Positions 1-8,204 of a DNA stretch of 64,000 nucleotides are shown here, one piece after another. The stretch is from the NCBI GenBank assembly GCA_035697515.1, contig DASSCS010000101.1:17540-81539 (forward strand). The letters run 5' to 3'. The DNA is from Acidimicrobiales bacterium. GTDB taxonomy: Bacteria > Actinomycetota > Acidimicrobiia > Acidimicrobiales > VFJN01. The position numbers and the translations under genes are program-made. Numbering within the stretch: the stretch's first letter is position 1; every line of letters starts with the position of its first letter. The notes under the pieces were generated by a model. The model was given only the letters and a program-made list of their open reading frames with translations. It was not told the DNA's origin and made no database searches.

Positions 1-174
1 GGCGCCCGCCGCGCCCTGCAGCTCGAACAGGAGCGAGACCGCGGTGCGCCGGTCGGCGGGCAGCGCCTCACCCCAGCCGAGCTCGCCGAGGGCGGCGTCG
101 AGCGCGTCCCCGGTGTTGGCAGCGGTGACGTGCCGCAGGCTCGTGGCGAACAGCTCGCGGGCGTCGGCGTCCAT
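1..174 (-). CDS. acyl-CoA dehydrogenase family protein, N-terminal 58 codons only (gene continues past the left edge)
   Basis: The minus-strand ATG at 172-174 overlaps the TGA (174-176) of the upstream ACAD (ATGA). Hand translation MDADARELFATSLRHVTAANTGDALDAALGELGWGEALPADRRTAVSLLFELQG resembles N-termini of FadE-type subunits. Confidence 0.6.
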   Translation of the reverse strand, partial: MDADARELFATSLRHVTAANTGDALDAALGELGWGEALPADRRTAVSLLFELQGAAGA

Positions 175-1304
175 CAGCGCTCGTTCCCCATGTCGAGCAG
201 TCGGCGGGCGACGATGTTGCGCTGGATCTCTGCACTGCCGCCGTAGATCGTGGCCGCCCTTGAGTACAGGAACTCGGACCGCCACCGCTCGCCGTCGGGG
301 TCGTCGCCCAGCACCACCTCGTCGGACAGCCCGTCGGCCACCAGGTCGTAGATCGCCTGCTCGGTGGTCGCCAGCAGGATCTTGTCGACCGACGTCTCGG
401 CGCCCAGCGTCTCGCCCGCGTCCAGCCGGTGCTGGGTGGCCAGCGACCGGGCCCGGAAGGCGAAGAGCTGGTGGAACACCTCGCCCACCTCGGTGGCCGT
501 CAGCGATCCGGCCGGCGCGGCGGCGAGCAGGCGCTCCATGCGCCTGTTGAGGTAGGCGCTCCGGTGCCACAGCGCCGTGCTGCGCTCGAACGGGAGCAGG
601 TCCATCGCCACGGCCCAGCCCCGGCCCTCGTCGCCGAGGGTGCGGTCGAACGGCACGGCGACGTCGTCGAAGAACACCTCGCAGAACTCGGGGGCGCCGT
701 GCATCGTCTCGATCGGCCGCACGGTGATGCCGGGCGTGTCCATGTCGACGAACAACGCCGTGATGCCCCGGTGCGCCGACTCGACGGTGCCTGTCCGCGT
801 GAGCAGCACGCAGCGCTGGGCGTACTGCGCAAGGCTGGTCCAGACCTTCTGACCGACGACCCGCCACCCGTCGTCGCGGCGCGTCGCCCGGCAGGCGAGC
901 GCGCCGAGGTTGCTGCCCGTGCCCGGCTCGGAGAAGCCCTGGCACCACGTCTCGTCGCCCCGCAGCAGCCGGGGCACCATGGTGGCGGCCAGCTCGGGGC
1001 GGGCGAAGCCGATCATCGTCGGTGCCAGCACCTCGGTCATCGAGTAGATGCCCGGCTCGACGAGGTCGCGGGCGGTCAGCGCCTCGCCCAGGTAGGCGCG
1101 CAGCAGGGTCGAGCCGCCCAGCCCGCCGACGTGCTCGGGCCACCCCCAGCGCATCCAGCCGGCGTCGAACGTGCGCCGCTTGACCAGCGAGAGGTGGGCC
1201 ATCTGCTCGTCGAGCGTCGCCGTCGGCCCGTGGTCGGGAGTGAGGTCGGCGGCGTTGTCGTCGAGCCAGCGCTCGACAGCCTCCCGGAACTCGGGCAGGT
1301 CCAT
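174..1304 (-). CDS. acyl-CoA dehydrogenase
   Basis: 376-aa ORF that is ACAD-like over its whole length (QGFSEPGTGSNL, C-terminal IYGGSAEIQRNIVARRLL). The start lies 3 nt after the stop of the SnoaL-like gene. Confidence 0.9.
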   Translation of the reverse strand: MDLPEFREAVERWLDDNAADLTPDHGPTATLDEQMAHLSLVKRRTFDAGWMRWGWPEHVGGLGGSTLLRAYLGEALTARDLVEPGIYSMTEVLAPTMIGFARPELAATMVPRLLRGDETWCQGFSEPGTGSNLGALACRATRRDDGWRVVGQKVWTSLAQYAQRCVLLTRTGTVESAHRGITALFVDMDTPGITVRPIETMHGAPEFCEVFFDDVAVPFDRTLGDEGRGWAVAMDLLPFERSTALWHRSAYLNRRMERLLAAAPAGSLTATEVGEVFHQLFAFRARSLATQHRLDAGETLGAETSVDKILLATTEQAIYDLVADGLSDEVVLGDDPDGERWRSEFLYSRAATIYGGSAEIQRNIVARRLLDMGNER

Positions 1305-1307
1305 GCG

Positions 1308-1745
1308 CTAGCCGGCCGTCGTGGTCGGCTCGGGCCGCGTGGGGTCGTGCGGCTCGCCCGAGTCGCGCTCGCCGCTGCGGCGCAGGAAGGTCATCGCCCG
1401 CGCGCGCAGCCGCCACCCGTGCTCGGTGCGGCGGTAGGTGTCGGTGTACCAGCCGATGCGCATGTGGTGGTTCGTCTGGTCGACGAAGCACAGCGGCTGC
1501 TCGCCCGTGCCCGTGTCGCCGTCGAGCTCGATGGCGGGTTCGCCGGTGAGGAACAGGCCCTTCGGCGCGGCCTGCACCAGCCTCGCGAAGTCGGCGAGCG
1601 TGTACGTGTCGCCGAAGGCGCCGTAGGTGCCGTCGGGCGTGAACACGTCGATGACGGCCTCGATGTCGTTCTTGGTCATGCCGACGGCGTACCGGGCGAG
1701 CACCTGCTCGATCTCGATGACGTCGGCCAGGCGCGATGGCTCCAC
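1308..1745 (-). CDS. SnoaL-like / NTF2-fold protein
   Basis: GTG at 1743-1745, 2 nt after the upstream stop and preceded by GGGGAG. The 145-aa product starts VEPSRLADVIEIEQVLARYAVGMTKNDIEAVIDVF. The rest of the 751-aa track ORF is Arg/Pro-rich frame noise. Confidence 0.75.
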   Translation of the reverse strand: MEPSRLADVIEIEQVLARYAVGMTKNDIEAVIDVFTPDGTYGAFGDTYTLADFARLVQAAPKGLFLTGEPAIELDGDTGTGEQPLCFVDQTNHHMRIGWYTDTYRRTEHGWRLRARAMTFLRRSGERDSGEPHDPTRPEPTTTAG

Positions 1746-1747
1746 GG

Positions 1748-2821
1748 TCAGCTCCCCTCGTAGACCACGTGGACCGACGGCGCGGTGGGCACGGACTGGC
1801 AGGTCAGCACCCAACCGTCCTCCACTTCGTCGTCGGCCAGCACGTCGTTGACGCGCATCTTGACAGTTCCCTCGACCAGCCTGGCCATGCACGTCGCGCA
1901 GGTGCCGGACTCGCACGAGAACGGCGGCGACATGCCCATCTGGCGGGCGGTCTGCAGGATGGTGGTGCCGGGCCGATGATCGACCGTGTCGGTGCGCCCG
2001 GCGAGCTCGACCGTGACCCGGGTGGTCGACCCGCCGTCGGCGCCGGCGGCCGGCCCGAGGTCGGGCGGCGGCTCGGCCGGCGTGAACCGTTCGATGTGGA
2101 TGCGGCCGGCGTCGACGCCGTGCGCCAGCAGCACCCCCTCGACGATGTCCATGAAGGGACCGGGGCCGCAGAGGTAGAACTCGCCGCCCGTGCCGGCCCC
2201 GAGGAAGGGCCGCAGCGCGTCGGGGTCGACGAGGCCCCGCTCGACGTCGAGGTGGTGGACCACATCGAGGCGGTCGGGGTGGCGTTCGGCCAGGGCGTCG
2301 AGCTCGGCGGCGAAGATGACCGCGTCGCGTTCGCGGTTGGCGTAGTAGAGGCGCACCCGCCGGTCGGTCGTGGCCAGCGCGCTCTTGACCAGGGAGAACA
2401 CGGGGGTGATGCCGCTGCCCGCGCTGAAGGCCACGAGGTCGCCGTCGCCGGGCCCGAGGCAGAAGACGCCCGCGGGCACGCTGGCCTCGACGACGTCGCC
2501 GGCGGCGAGGCTGTCGATCATCCAGTTCGACACGACCCCGCCGGGCACCCGCTTCACGGTCACCTGCAACTCGTCGTCGACGGCGGGTGACGACGACATC
2601 GAGTAGCAGCGGTGGTGTGTCTCGCCCCCGACCGGGGCTCGGAACGTGAGGAATTGGCCCGCCTCGTAGGCGAACGCGGCGCGCAGGTCGGCCGGTACCT
2701 CGAACACGAACGACGCCGCCTCGGCGGTCTCGTGCACGACACGGCGGATGCGCAGCGGGTGAAACCCGTGGTCGCGGACCGCACCCTGCTGCGAGGCCGG
2801 TGCTGCCGAGGTCGCCATCAC
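1748..2821 (-). CDS. ferredoxin-NAD(P)H oxidoreductase with C-terminal plant-type 2Fe-2S domain (KshB/PaaE-like oxygenase reductase)
   Basis: RCYSMSS (RxYS FAD motif), a GSGITP NAD-binding region, and the C-terminal cluster motif CESGTCATC...LTCQS. Confidence 0.85.
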   Translation of the reverse strand: MMATSAAPASQQGAVRDHGFHPLRIRRVVHETAEAASFVFEVPADLRAAFAYEAGQFLTFRAPVGGETHHRCYSMSSSPAVDDELQVTVKRVPGGVVSNWMIDSLAAGDVVEASVPAGVFCLGPGDGDLVAFSAGSGITPVFSLVKSALATTDRRVRLYYANRERDAVIFAAELDALAERHPDRLDVVHHLDVERGLVDPDALRPFLGAGTGGEFYLCGPGPFMDIVEGVLLAHGVDAGRIHIERFTPAEPPPDLGPAAGADGGSTTRVTVELAGRTDTVDHRPGTTILQTARQMGMSPPFSCESGTCATCMARLVEGTVKMRVNDVLADDEVEDGWVLTCQSVPTAPSVHVVYEGS

Positions 2822-2917
2822 GGGCTACGATAATGGAGTTCTCAATGAGCGGCAATGTGCCTAGCGCGCCGGAGGACCCGGCCATCCGCCCGGTGGTGGC
2901 GGAGAGAAGGAGGGGAC

Positions 2918-3076
2918 GTGACGCAGCCGACCACGATCGGCCGAGGCAGCTGGCGGCTGCGCTCGGTGCCGCAGCACCTCGCCGACCGCTACCGCGCCGA
3001 GGGCTGGTGGGCCGACGCCACCCTCGGGCAGATGATCGCCGACGGCCTCGGCAGCATGGGCCAGCCGATCCAGTGA
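2918..3076 (+). pseudogene. 52-codon remnant resembling the N-terminus of an AMP-dependent acyl-CoA ligase
   Basis: GTG preceded by GAGAAGGAGGGGAC. VTQPTTIGRGSWRLRSVPQHLADRYRAEGWWADATLGQMIADGLGS matches the usual ligase N-terminal stretch, then stops. The TGA overlaps the GTG of the next SDR (GTGA). Confidence 0.45.
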
Positions 3077-3867
3077 CCAGCGCCGTCGACGACCCCGTGG
3101 GCCGGGCCCCCGCGCCCGGCCACGAGCGCACGGCGATCGTCACCGGCGGCGGCTCCGGCATCGGCCTGGCCATCGCCGTGCGGCTCGCCGCCGACGGCCT
3201 GGCCGTCGCGGTCCTCGACTGCAACGGCGACGCCGCCGAGGGCACCGCGGCCAAGCTCGTCGCCGCCGGCGGCACGGGCATCGGCCTGACCGCGGACGTG
3301 ACCGACCGGGCCGCGATCGATGCCGCGGTCGAGAACGTGCGGGGACGCCTCGGCGCCGCGACGGTGCTCGTCAACAATGCCGGGCTCGACGGCTTCGACC
3401 CGTTCCTGAAGATCAGCGCCGAGAAGTGGAACCGCATCCTCGAGGTCAACCTCACGGGCACGTTCCACTGCTGCCAGGCCGTCGTCCCCGACATGATCGC
3501 CGCCGGCTGGGGCCGGATCGTGAACATCTCGTCGTCGAGCGCCCAGGGCGGCCAGCCCCTCATGACGCACTACGTGGCGGCCAAGGCGGGCGTGATCGGC
3601 TTCACCAAGGCGCTGGCGCTCGAGCTGGGCCCGCGCGGCATCACCGTCAACACGATCCCGCCGGGGTTCGTCGACACCCCCATGCTGCGGAGGTCCGAGG
3701 CCAAGGGCCTCCTCGGCGAGGGCGTCGACCACCACGCCTCGCTGACACCCGTGCGCCGCGTCGGGCGGCCCGAGGACATCGCCGCCGCCTGCGCGTTCCT
3801 GGTGCGCGACGAGGCCAGCTACATCACGGGGCAGGTCATCGGCGTGAACGGCGGCCGCAACACCTGA
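3073..3867 (+). CDS. short-chain dehydrogenase/reductase (FabG-like)
   Basis: TGGGSGIG Rossmann motif, NNAG, YxxxK (YVAAKAG), C-terminal ITGQVIGVNGG. The start is uncertain (GTG 3073 or GTG 3097). Confidence 0.85.
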   Translation: MTSAVDDPVGRAPAPGHERTAIVTGGGSGIGLAIAVRLAADGLAVAVLDCNGDAAEGTAAKLVAAGGTGIGLTADVTDRAAIDAAVENVRGRLGAATVLVNNAGLDGFDPFLKISAEKWNRILEVNLTGTFHCCQAVVPDMIAAGWGRIVNISSSSAQGGQPLMTHYVAAKAGVIGFTKALALELGPRGITVNTIPPGFVDTPMLRRSEAKGLLGEGVDHHASLTPVRRVGRPEDIAAACAFLVRDEASYITGQVIGVNGGRNT

Positions 3868-3968
3868 CGCGGCCCGAGAAGAGCATCGTTCTCCTCCTTC
3901 CGTCGGGAAAACGGCGACACTGCGAGATCAGTACTCTCCGGATCATTGGTACGGGCTTCTTCGAGGAG

Positions 3969-3974
3969 TACGCT
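3969..3974 (+). promoter_or_regulatory. candidate -10 hexamer TACGCT for a leaderless TetR mRNA
   Basis: A TANNNT hexamer lies 6 nt upstream of the ATG at 3981, and there is no Shine-Dalgarno sequence. Confidence 0.3.
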
Positions 3975-3980
3975 TCCGCC

Positions 3981-4703
3981 ATGGCACGAAACCAGCCGAC
4001 GGCCGGCGCCCGCACGACCGATCGTCCCGGCACGTGGCGCGAGCTGGCCGTCGCGCGGTCCCTCGACCCGGCGCGCGCCCGGGCCGAGGAGCGGGTGCAG
4101 CGCTTCCTCGACGCCGCGCTCGAGCTCATGATGGAGAACGACGCGGGCAAGGACTTCACGGTCCAGGACGTCGTCGAGCGCTCCGGCCAGTCGCTGCGCA
4201 GCTTCTACCAGTACTTCGCGGGCAAGCACGAGCTGCTGCTGGCCCTGTTCGAGGAGTCGGTGCGGTCGACGGCCGAGCACCTGCAGGAGGTGGTCACGGA
4301 GGTCGACGATCCCCTCGAGCGGCTCCATCGCTTCGTCGTCGAGCACTACCTGGTGTGCCGGCCTGCGCCGAAGTCGCGGTCGACGAAGAAGAGTGAGCCC
4401 ACGCCCGCCGCGATGGCCGAGTTCGGCCAAAAGCTCCTGACCGAGCACCCGAAGGAGGCCTCCCGGGCCTTCGTGCCGGTGGTCTCGCTGTTCGAGCAGC
4501 TGCTCGACGGGGCGGCGGCGGTCGGCGCCCTACGCCCCGGCATGAACCATCGCCGCGTCGCGGGCGCCTTGCTCCAGGCGATCATGTTCAATGCCTTCGC
4601 CGCGACGATCAGCGGTTCCTCGATCGGGCCCGATGGCCGAGACGAGGCAGAGGAGCTCTGGGATCTCCTCATCCACGGCATCGGGGCCGGCGATCCGGCC
4701 TGA
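3981..4703 (+). CDS. TetR family transcriptional regulator
   Basis: HTH segment FTVQDVVERSGQSLRSFYQYFAGKHELLLALF. The upstream part of the 425-aa track ORF is frame noise. Confidence 0.85.
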   Translation: MARNQPTAGARTTDRPGTWRELAVARSLDPARARAEERVQRFLDAALELMMENDAGKDFTVQDVVERSGQSLRSFYQYFAGKHELLLALFEESVRSTAEHLQEVVTEVDDPLERLHRFVVEHYLVCRPAPKSRSTKKSEPTPAAMAEFGQKLLTEHPKEASRAFVPVVSLFEQLLDGAAAVGALRPGMNHRRVAGALLQAIMFNAFAATISGSSIGPDGRDEAEELWDLLIHGIGAGDPA

Positions 4704-4829
4704 CCGACCTGTCGGGTACGCCCGCCTCGACGCCCCCGCCAGGCCTGCCCGGTGCGGACCGCATGCACGGCTGAGCGCCGTCATCCCCGCACGCGGTCAA
4801 GCATCGGCGGGGCCGCTGCTCGCGCGGGC

Positions 4830-5855
4830 TCAGGTCGGCGCGAGCAGCGCGTCCACCGGCGGTGCGTCGCGGCGCGTCTCGCGCCACAACTCGTAGGTCT
4901 GCACCACCCAGAACGCCAGGAACTCGATCATCAGCGCCGCCTCGATCCAGAGCACGCCGTGGCGCCACCCCGACACGCGCCAATAGAGGAGGCTGATGAC
5001 TCCCATCGACGCAACCATGGCCGTCCAGATCCCCACGTACAGCTTGCGGGCGATGACCCGCCGGCGCAGTTCGTCGAGATCTCCACCAGCGCCGGGACCC
5101 CCACCAGCGACGCTCTCGGGTGCTCGAACGTCGGGCGCGCGCTCGAGTGTCGTAGACGGAAGTTCGCGCGTCTCCTTGAGCAGACCGTCCACCGAACGTT
5201 CCATACCGGAGTCGAACGCGTTGATCGCCACGACGGCCAAGATCCCGATGAACGTGCCGAACGCGGCCGTGGTGTGGGCGTGGGCTCGGAATCCGTCCGG
5301 CCAGAGGGCGAAGGCGAGGCTGCCCAGGACGAGCACCCCGAGGAACACCCAGAGCGCGACAACGGGTGCCGTGCCCGGGCCCGGCGTCCCCCGTTCGCGT
5401 GCCGTCCGGGTCGAGAGGGCGACGAGGACCATGGCGAGCGCGATCGCCACGAACGAGACGATGATCGTCGCGACCATGTTGTTGTTCACCGCGTCCTCCA
5501 GCTGCCCCGGACCCGGGACGTTGCTGGCGCTGCAGGTGACGCCCGTCGCGCTGGGTACGCGAGTCGGGACGAAGGCGACCACGAAGGCGAGGGCGCCGCT
5601 GGCGTTGAGAGCGATGTCCTCCGCGTCCCGGTTGCCGCGGTAAACGATCAGGCAGGTGCCGAGCGCGCACAAGGCTGTCACGAACACCGCCCTGACAGAT
5701 GTGAAGTAGTAGGCGCTGATCGATCCCTCGAAGCAGATGCCAGGTGCCGACAGTGCCCTCAGGACGACGGCCACGAGGAGCAGCGCCAACAGCAGCGCCA
5801 TGGCTAGCCGCACGTGCCGGTAGGTGGTGAGGGTGTCCCGCCGATCGCCGTTCAT
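4830..5855 (-). CDS. integral membrane protein, function unknown
   Basis: Several hydrophobic helices (LAMALLLALLLVAVVL, ATIIVSFVAIALAMVLVAL, and others). The internal ATG (MNGDRRD) is preceded by GAAGGAGGCGGGG. Confidence 0.6.
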   Translation of the reverse strand: MNGDRRDTLTTYRHVRLAMALLLALLLVAVVLRALSAPGICFEGSISAYYFTSVRAVFVTALCALGTCLIVYRGNRDAEDIALNASGALAFVVAFVPTRVPSATGVTCSASNVPGPGQLEDAVNNNMVATIIVSFVAIALAMVLVALSTRTARERGTPGPGTAPVVALWVFLGVLVLGSLAFALWPDGFRAHAHTTAAFGTFIGILAVVAINAFDSGMERSVDGLLKETRELPSTTLERAPDVRAPESVAGGGPGAGGDLDELRRRVIARKLYVGIWTAMVASMGVISLLYWRVSGWRHGVLWIEAALMIEFLAFWVVQTYELWRETRRDAPPVDALLAPT

Positions 5856-5952
5856 CCCCGCCTCCTTCGGCCCAACGCTCTGCGGCGTTCCCAGGTAGCG
5901 CAACCTACCCGCGCTCGCAGAGGGGCGCCCTCCGCAGAGCGGGGTCGTGTCC

Positions 5953-7221
5953 CTAGCGCGGCGCGGCGTCGCCGTCGTCGTGCCGGTACACCTGGCCGCC
6001 CGGCATCACGAACCGGACCTGCTCGGTCACGGTGATGTCCGCGCTCGGGTCACCGGGGACGGCGATGACGTCGGCGAGCAGGCCGGCCTCGAGGCGGCCG
6101 CGGTCGTCGACGTCGATGAGCTCAGCCGCCACCGTCGTGGCCGCCCGGATCGCCTGGACCGGGGTCATCCCGCGGTCGACGAGGGCGATGAGCTCCTTGG
6201 CGTTGCGGCCGTGGGGGATGGCCGGCGCGTCGGTGCCGCACGCGATGCGGGCCCCGCGCTCGATCGCCTTGCTGACGGTCGCCTTGGCCCGCGGGAAGAC
6301 CTCCGCGGCCTTGGCCTGCAGCTCGGGCGCGGCGCGCGAGACGTCCATGCCGTCGGCGAGGTAGGTGGTCGGCACGAGGAAGGTCCCCCGCTCGATGATC
6401 AGGTCGAGCGTCTCGTCGCTCATGAGCGAGCCGTGCTCGATGCAGTCGATGCCCGCCTCGATCGCCGCCCGGATGCCGTCGTCGCCGTGCGCGTGGGCCG
6501 CCACCCTGAGCCCGGCCCGGTGCGCCTCGTCGGCGATGGCCGCCAGCTCCTCGTCGGAGTACTGCTGGGCGCCGGCGGGCCCGGTGTGGGACATCACGCC
6601 ACCCGACGCGCAGACCTTGATCAGCTGGGCGCCGTGCTTGATCTGGTAGCGGACGGCCTTGCGCACCTCCGGGACGCCGTTGGCGATGCCCTCCTCGACG
6701 GTGAGGGGCAGGACGTGGGGCGCGAACGCCTGGAACATCGTGGGGTCGAGATGGCCGCCCGTGGGCGTGATGGCGTGACCGGCGGGAACGATCCGCGGGC
6801 CGTCGATCCACCCGAGATCGATCGCCTTGCGCAGCGCCACGTCGAGCAGCAGCCCGCTGGTCTGGACGAACAGCCCGAGGTTGCGGACGGTCGTGAAGCC
6901 GGCCCGCAGAGTCCGCCGGGCATTGGCCACGGCGCGCAGCGTGCGCAGCGCCGGATCGTCTTGCACCGCGTTGAGCGGGCTCGCATGGTCGGGGCCGCCC
7001 AGCAGCAGGTTGACCTCCATGTCCATGAGGCCCGGGAGCAGCGTCAGGTCGCCCAGCTCGACGACGACCGCCCCGTCGGGCACCGACGTGGGTCCGACCT
7101 CGACGATGCGGCCGTCGTCGACCAGCAGCTCACCCGGTTCGACGAGCACGCCCTTGTCCACGTCGAGCATGCGGGAGCTCCGCAGGTGGACGGGCGGCTG
7201 TGGCGTTCGGGGACGGGCCAT
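5953..7221 (-). CDS. amidohydrolase family metallo-hydrolase
   Basis: LLPGLMDMEVNL, AAHAHGDDGI, CIEHGS and ACGTDAP metal-ligand style motifs. Alternative start at 7170. Confidence 0.85.
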   Translation of the reverse strand: MARPRTPQPPVHLRSSRMLDVDKGVLVEPGELLVDDGRIVEVGPTSVPDGAVVVELGDLTLLPGLMDMEVNLLLGGPDHASPLNAVQDDPALRTLRAVANARRTLRAGFTTVRNLGLFVQTSGLLLDVALRKAIDLGWIDGPRIVPAGHAITPTGGHLDPTMFQAFAPHVLPLTVEEGIANGVPEVRKAVRYQIKHGAQLIKVCASGGVMSHTGPAGAQQYSDEELAAIADEAHRAGLRVAAHAHGDDGIRAAIEAGIDCIEHGSLMSDETLDLIIERGTFLVPTTYLADGMDVSRAAPELQAKAAEVFPRAKATVSKAIERGARIACGTDAPAIPHGRNAKELIALVDRGMTPVQAIRAATTVAAELIDVDDRGRLEAGLLADVIAVPGDPSADITVTEQVRFVMPGGQVYRHDDGDAAPR

Positions 7222-7450
7222 GCGCCCGAGGCTATCCCGCCTGCCTATGGCGTTCCCGCTCAGCGTGAATCCGATTCTCGGTGCCTGTCGTGTGAATGGG
7301 GTCGCGGCACCCGAGGCTTTTCGTCCCAGCGGCGCGGCGGTACGTTTGGGAAGCGAGTCGACGGAACACCCAACCGGAGCACGAGCGAGGGGCGGCGGGC
7401 CGCCCACCACGCGACACGGTGCCGCCCCGCCTCGCAGAGAGGGGACGGCG

Positions 7451-8203
7451 ATGACAGCCACCGAGCAGGTGCCTGTGGCGACCCGAGCGGCGGGCACTCT
7501 CGACGCCGTCAAGATCTACGGGCAGGGCACGACGGAGGTGCGGGCGCTCGACGGCGTCACCGTGTCGTTCCAGACGGCACGGTTCACGGCGATCATGGGC
7601 CCGTCGGGCTCGGGAAAGTCGACCCTCCTGCACTGCGTGGCCGGTCTCGACACTCTCAGCTCAGGCCAGGCGTTCATCGGCGACACCGACCTGAGCGAAC
7701 TCGACGACAAGGCACTGACCATCCTCAGGCGCGAGCAGGTGGGCTTCGTGTTCCAGGCGTACAACCTCGTGCCGACGCTCACAGCGTACGAGAACATCAG
7801 ACTTCCGATGGTGCTCGGCGGCCGGAAGGGTGATGCGGACTGGATCGATCGTGTCATCGACACGGTCGGGCTCCACGACCGGCTCCACCACCGGCCGAGC
7901 GAGCTGTCGGGCGGGCAGCAGCAGCGCGTGGCGGTCGCCCGCGCCCTGGCGAGCCGGCCGCAGATCATCTTCGCCGACGAGCCGACGGGCAACCTCGACT
8001 CGCGCGCCGGTGGGGAGATCCTCGACTTCATGCGGCTGGCCGTACACGACCTCGGCCAGACGATCGTGATGGTCACCCACGACCCGGGGGCCGCGAGCTA
8101 CGCGGAGCGCATCGTGTTCCTCGCCGATGGGCGCATCGTCGACGAGATGCACCAACCGACCGCGGAGCGGGTGCTCGACCGCATGAAGCGGTTCGGGGGC
8201 TGA
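7451..8203 (+). CDS. ABC transporter ATP-binding protein (MacB/FtsE-LolD type)
   Basis: Walker A GPSGSGKST, signature LSGGQQQRV, Walker B IIFADEPT. Confidence 0.9.
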   Translation: MTATEQVPVATRAAGTLDAVKIYGQGTTEVRALDGVTVSFQTARFTAIMGPSGSGKSTLLHCVAGLDTLSSGQAFIGDTDLSELDDKALTILRREQVGFVFQAYNLVPTLTAYENIRLPMVLGGRKGDADWIDRVIDTVGLHDRLHHRPSELSGGQQQRVAVARALASRPQIIFADEPTGNLDSRAGGEILDFMRLAVHDLGQTIVMVTHDPGAASYAERIVFLADGRIVDEMHQPTAERVLDRMKRFGG

Positions 8204-8204
8204 G

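Noticed and set aside
2822-2917. KstR/KstR2-type operators (TnnAACnnGTTnnA, AnCAAGnnCTTGnT) in this and the other divergent regions of the steroid-like genes
   Set aside because: No match was found by eye in 2822-2917, 13280-17, 21113-21259, 36713-36855 or 48618-48762.
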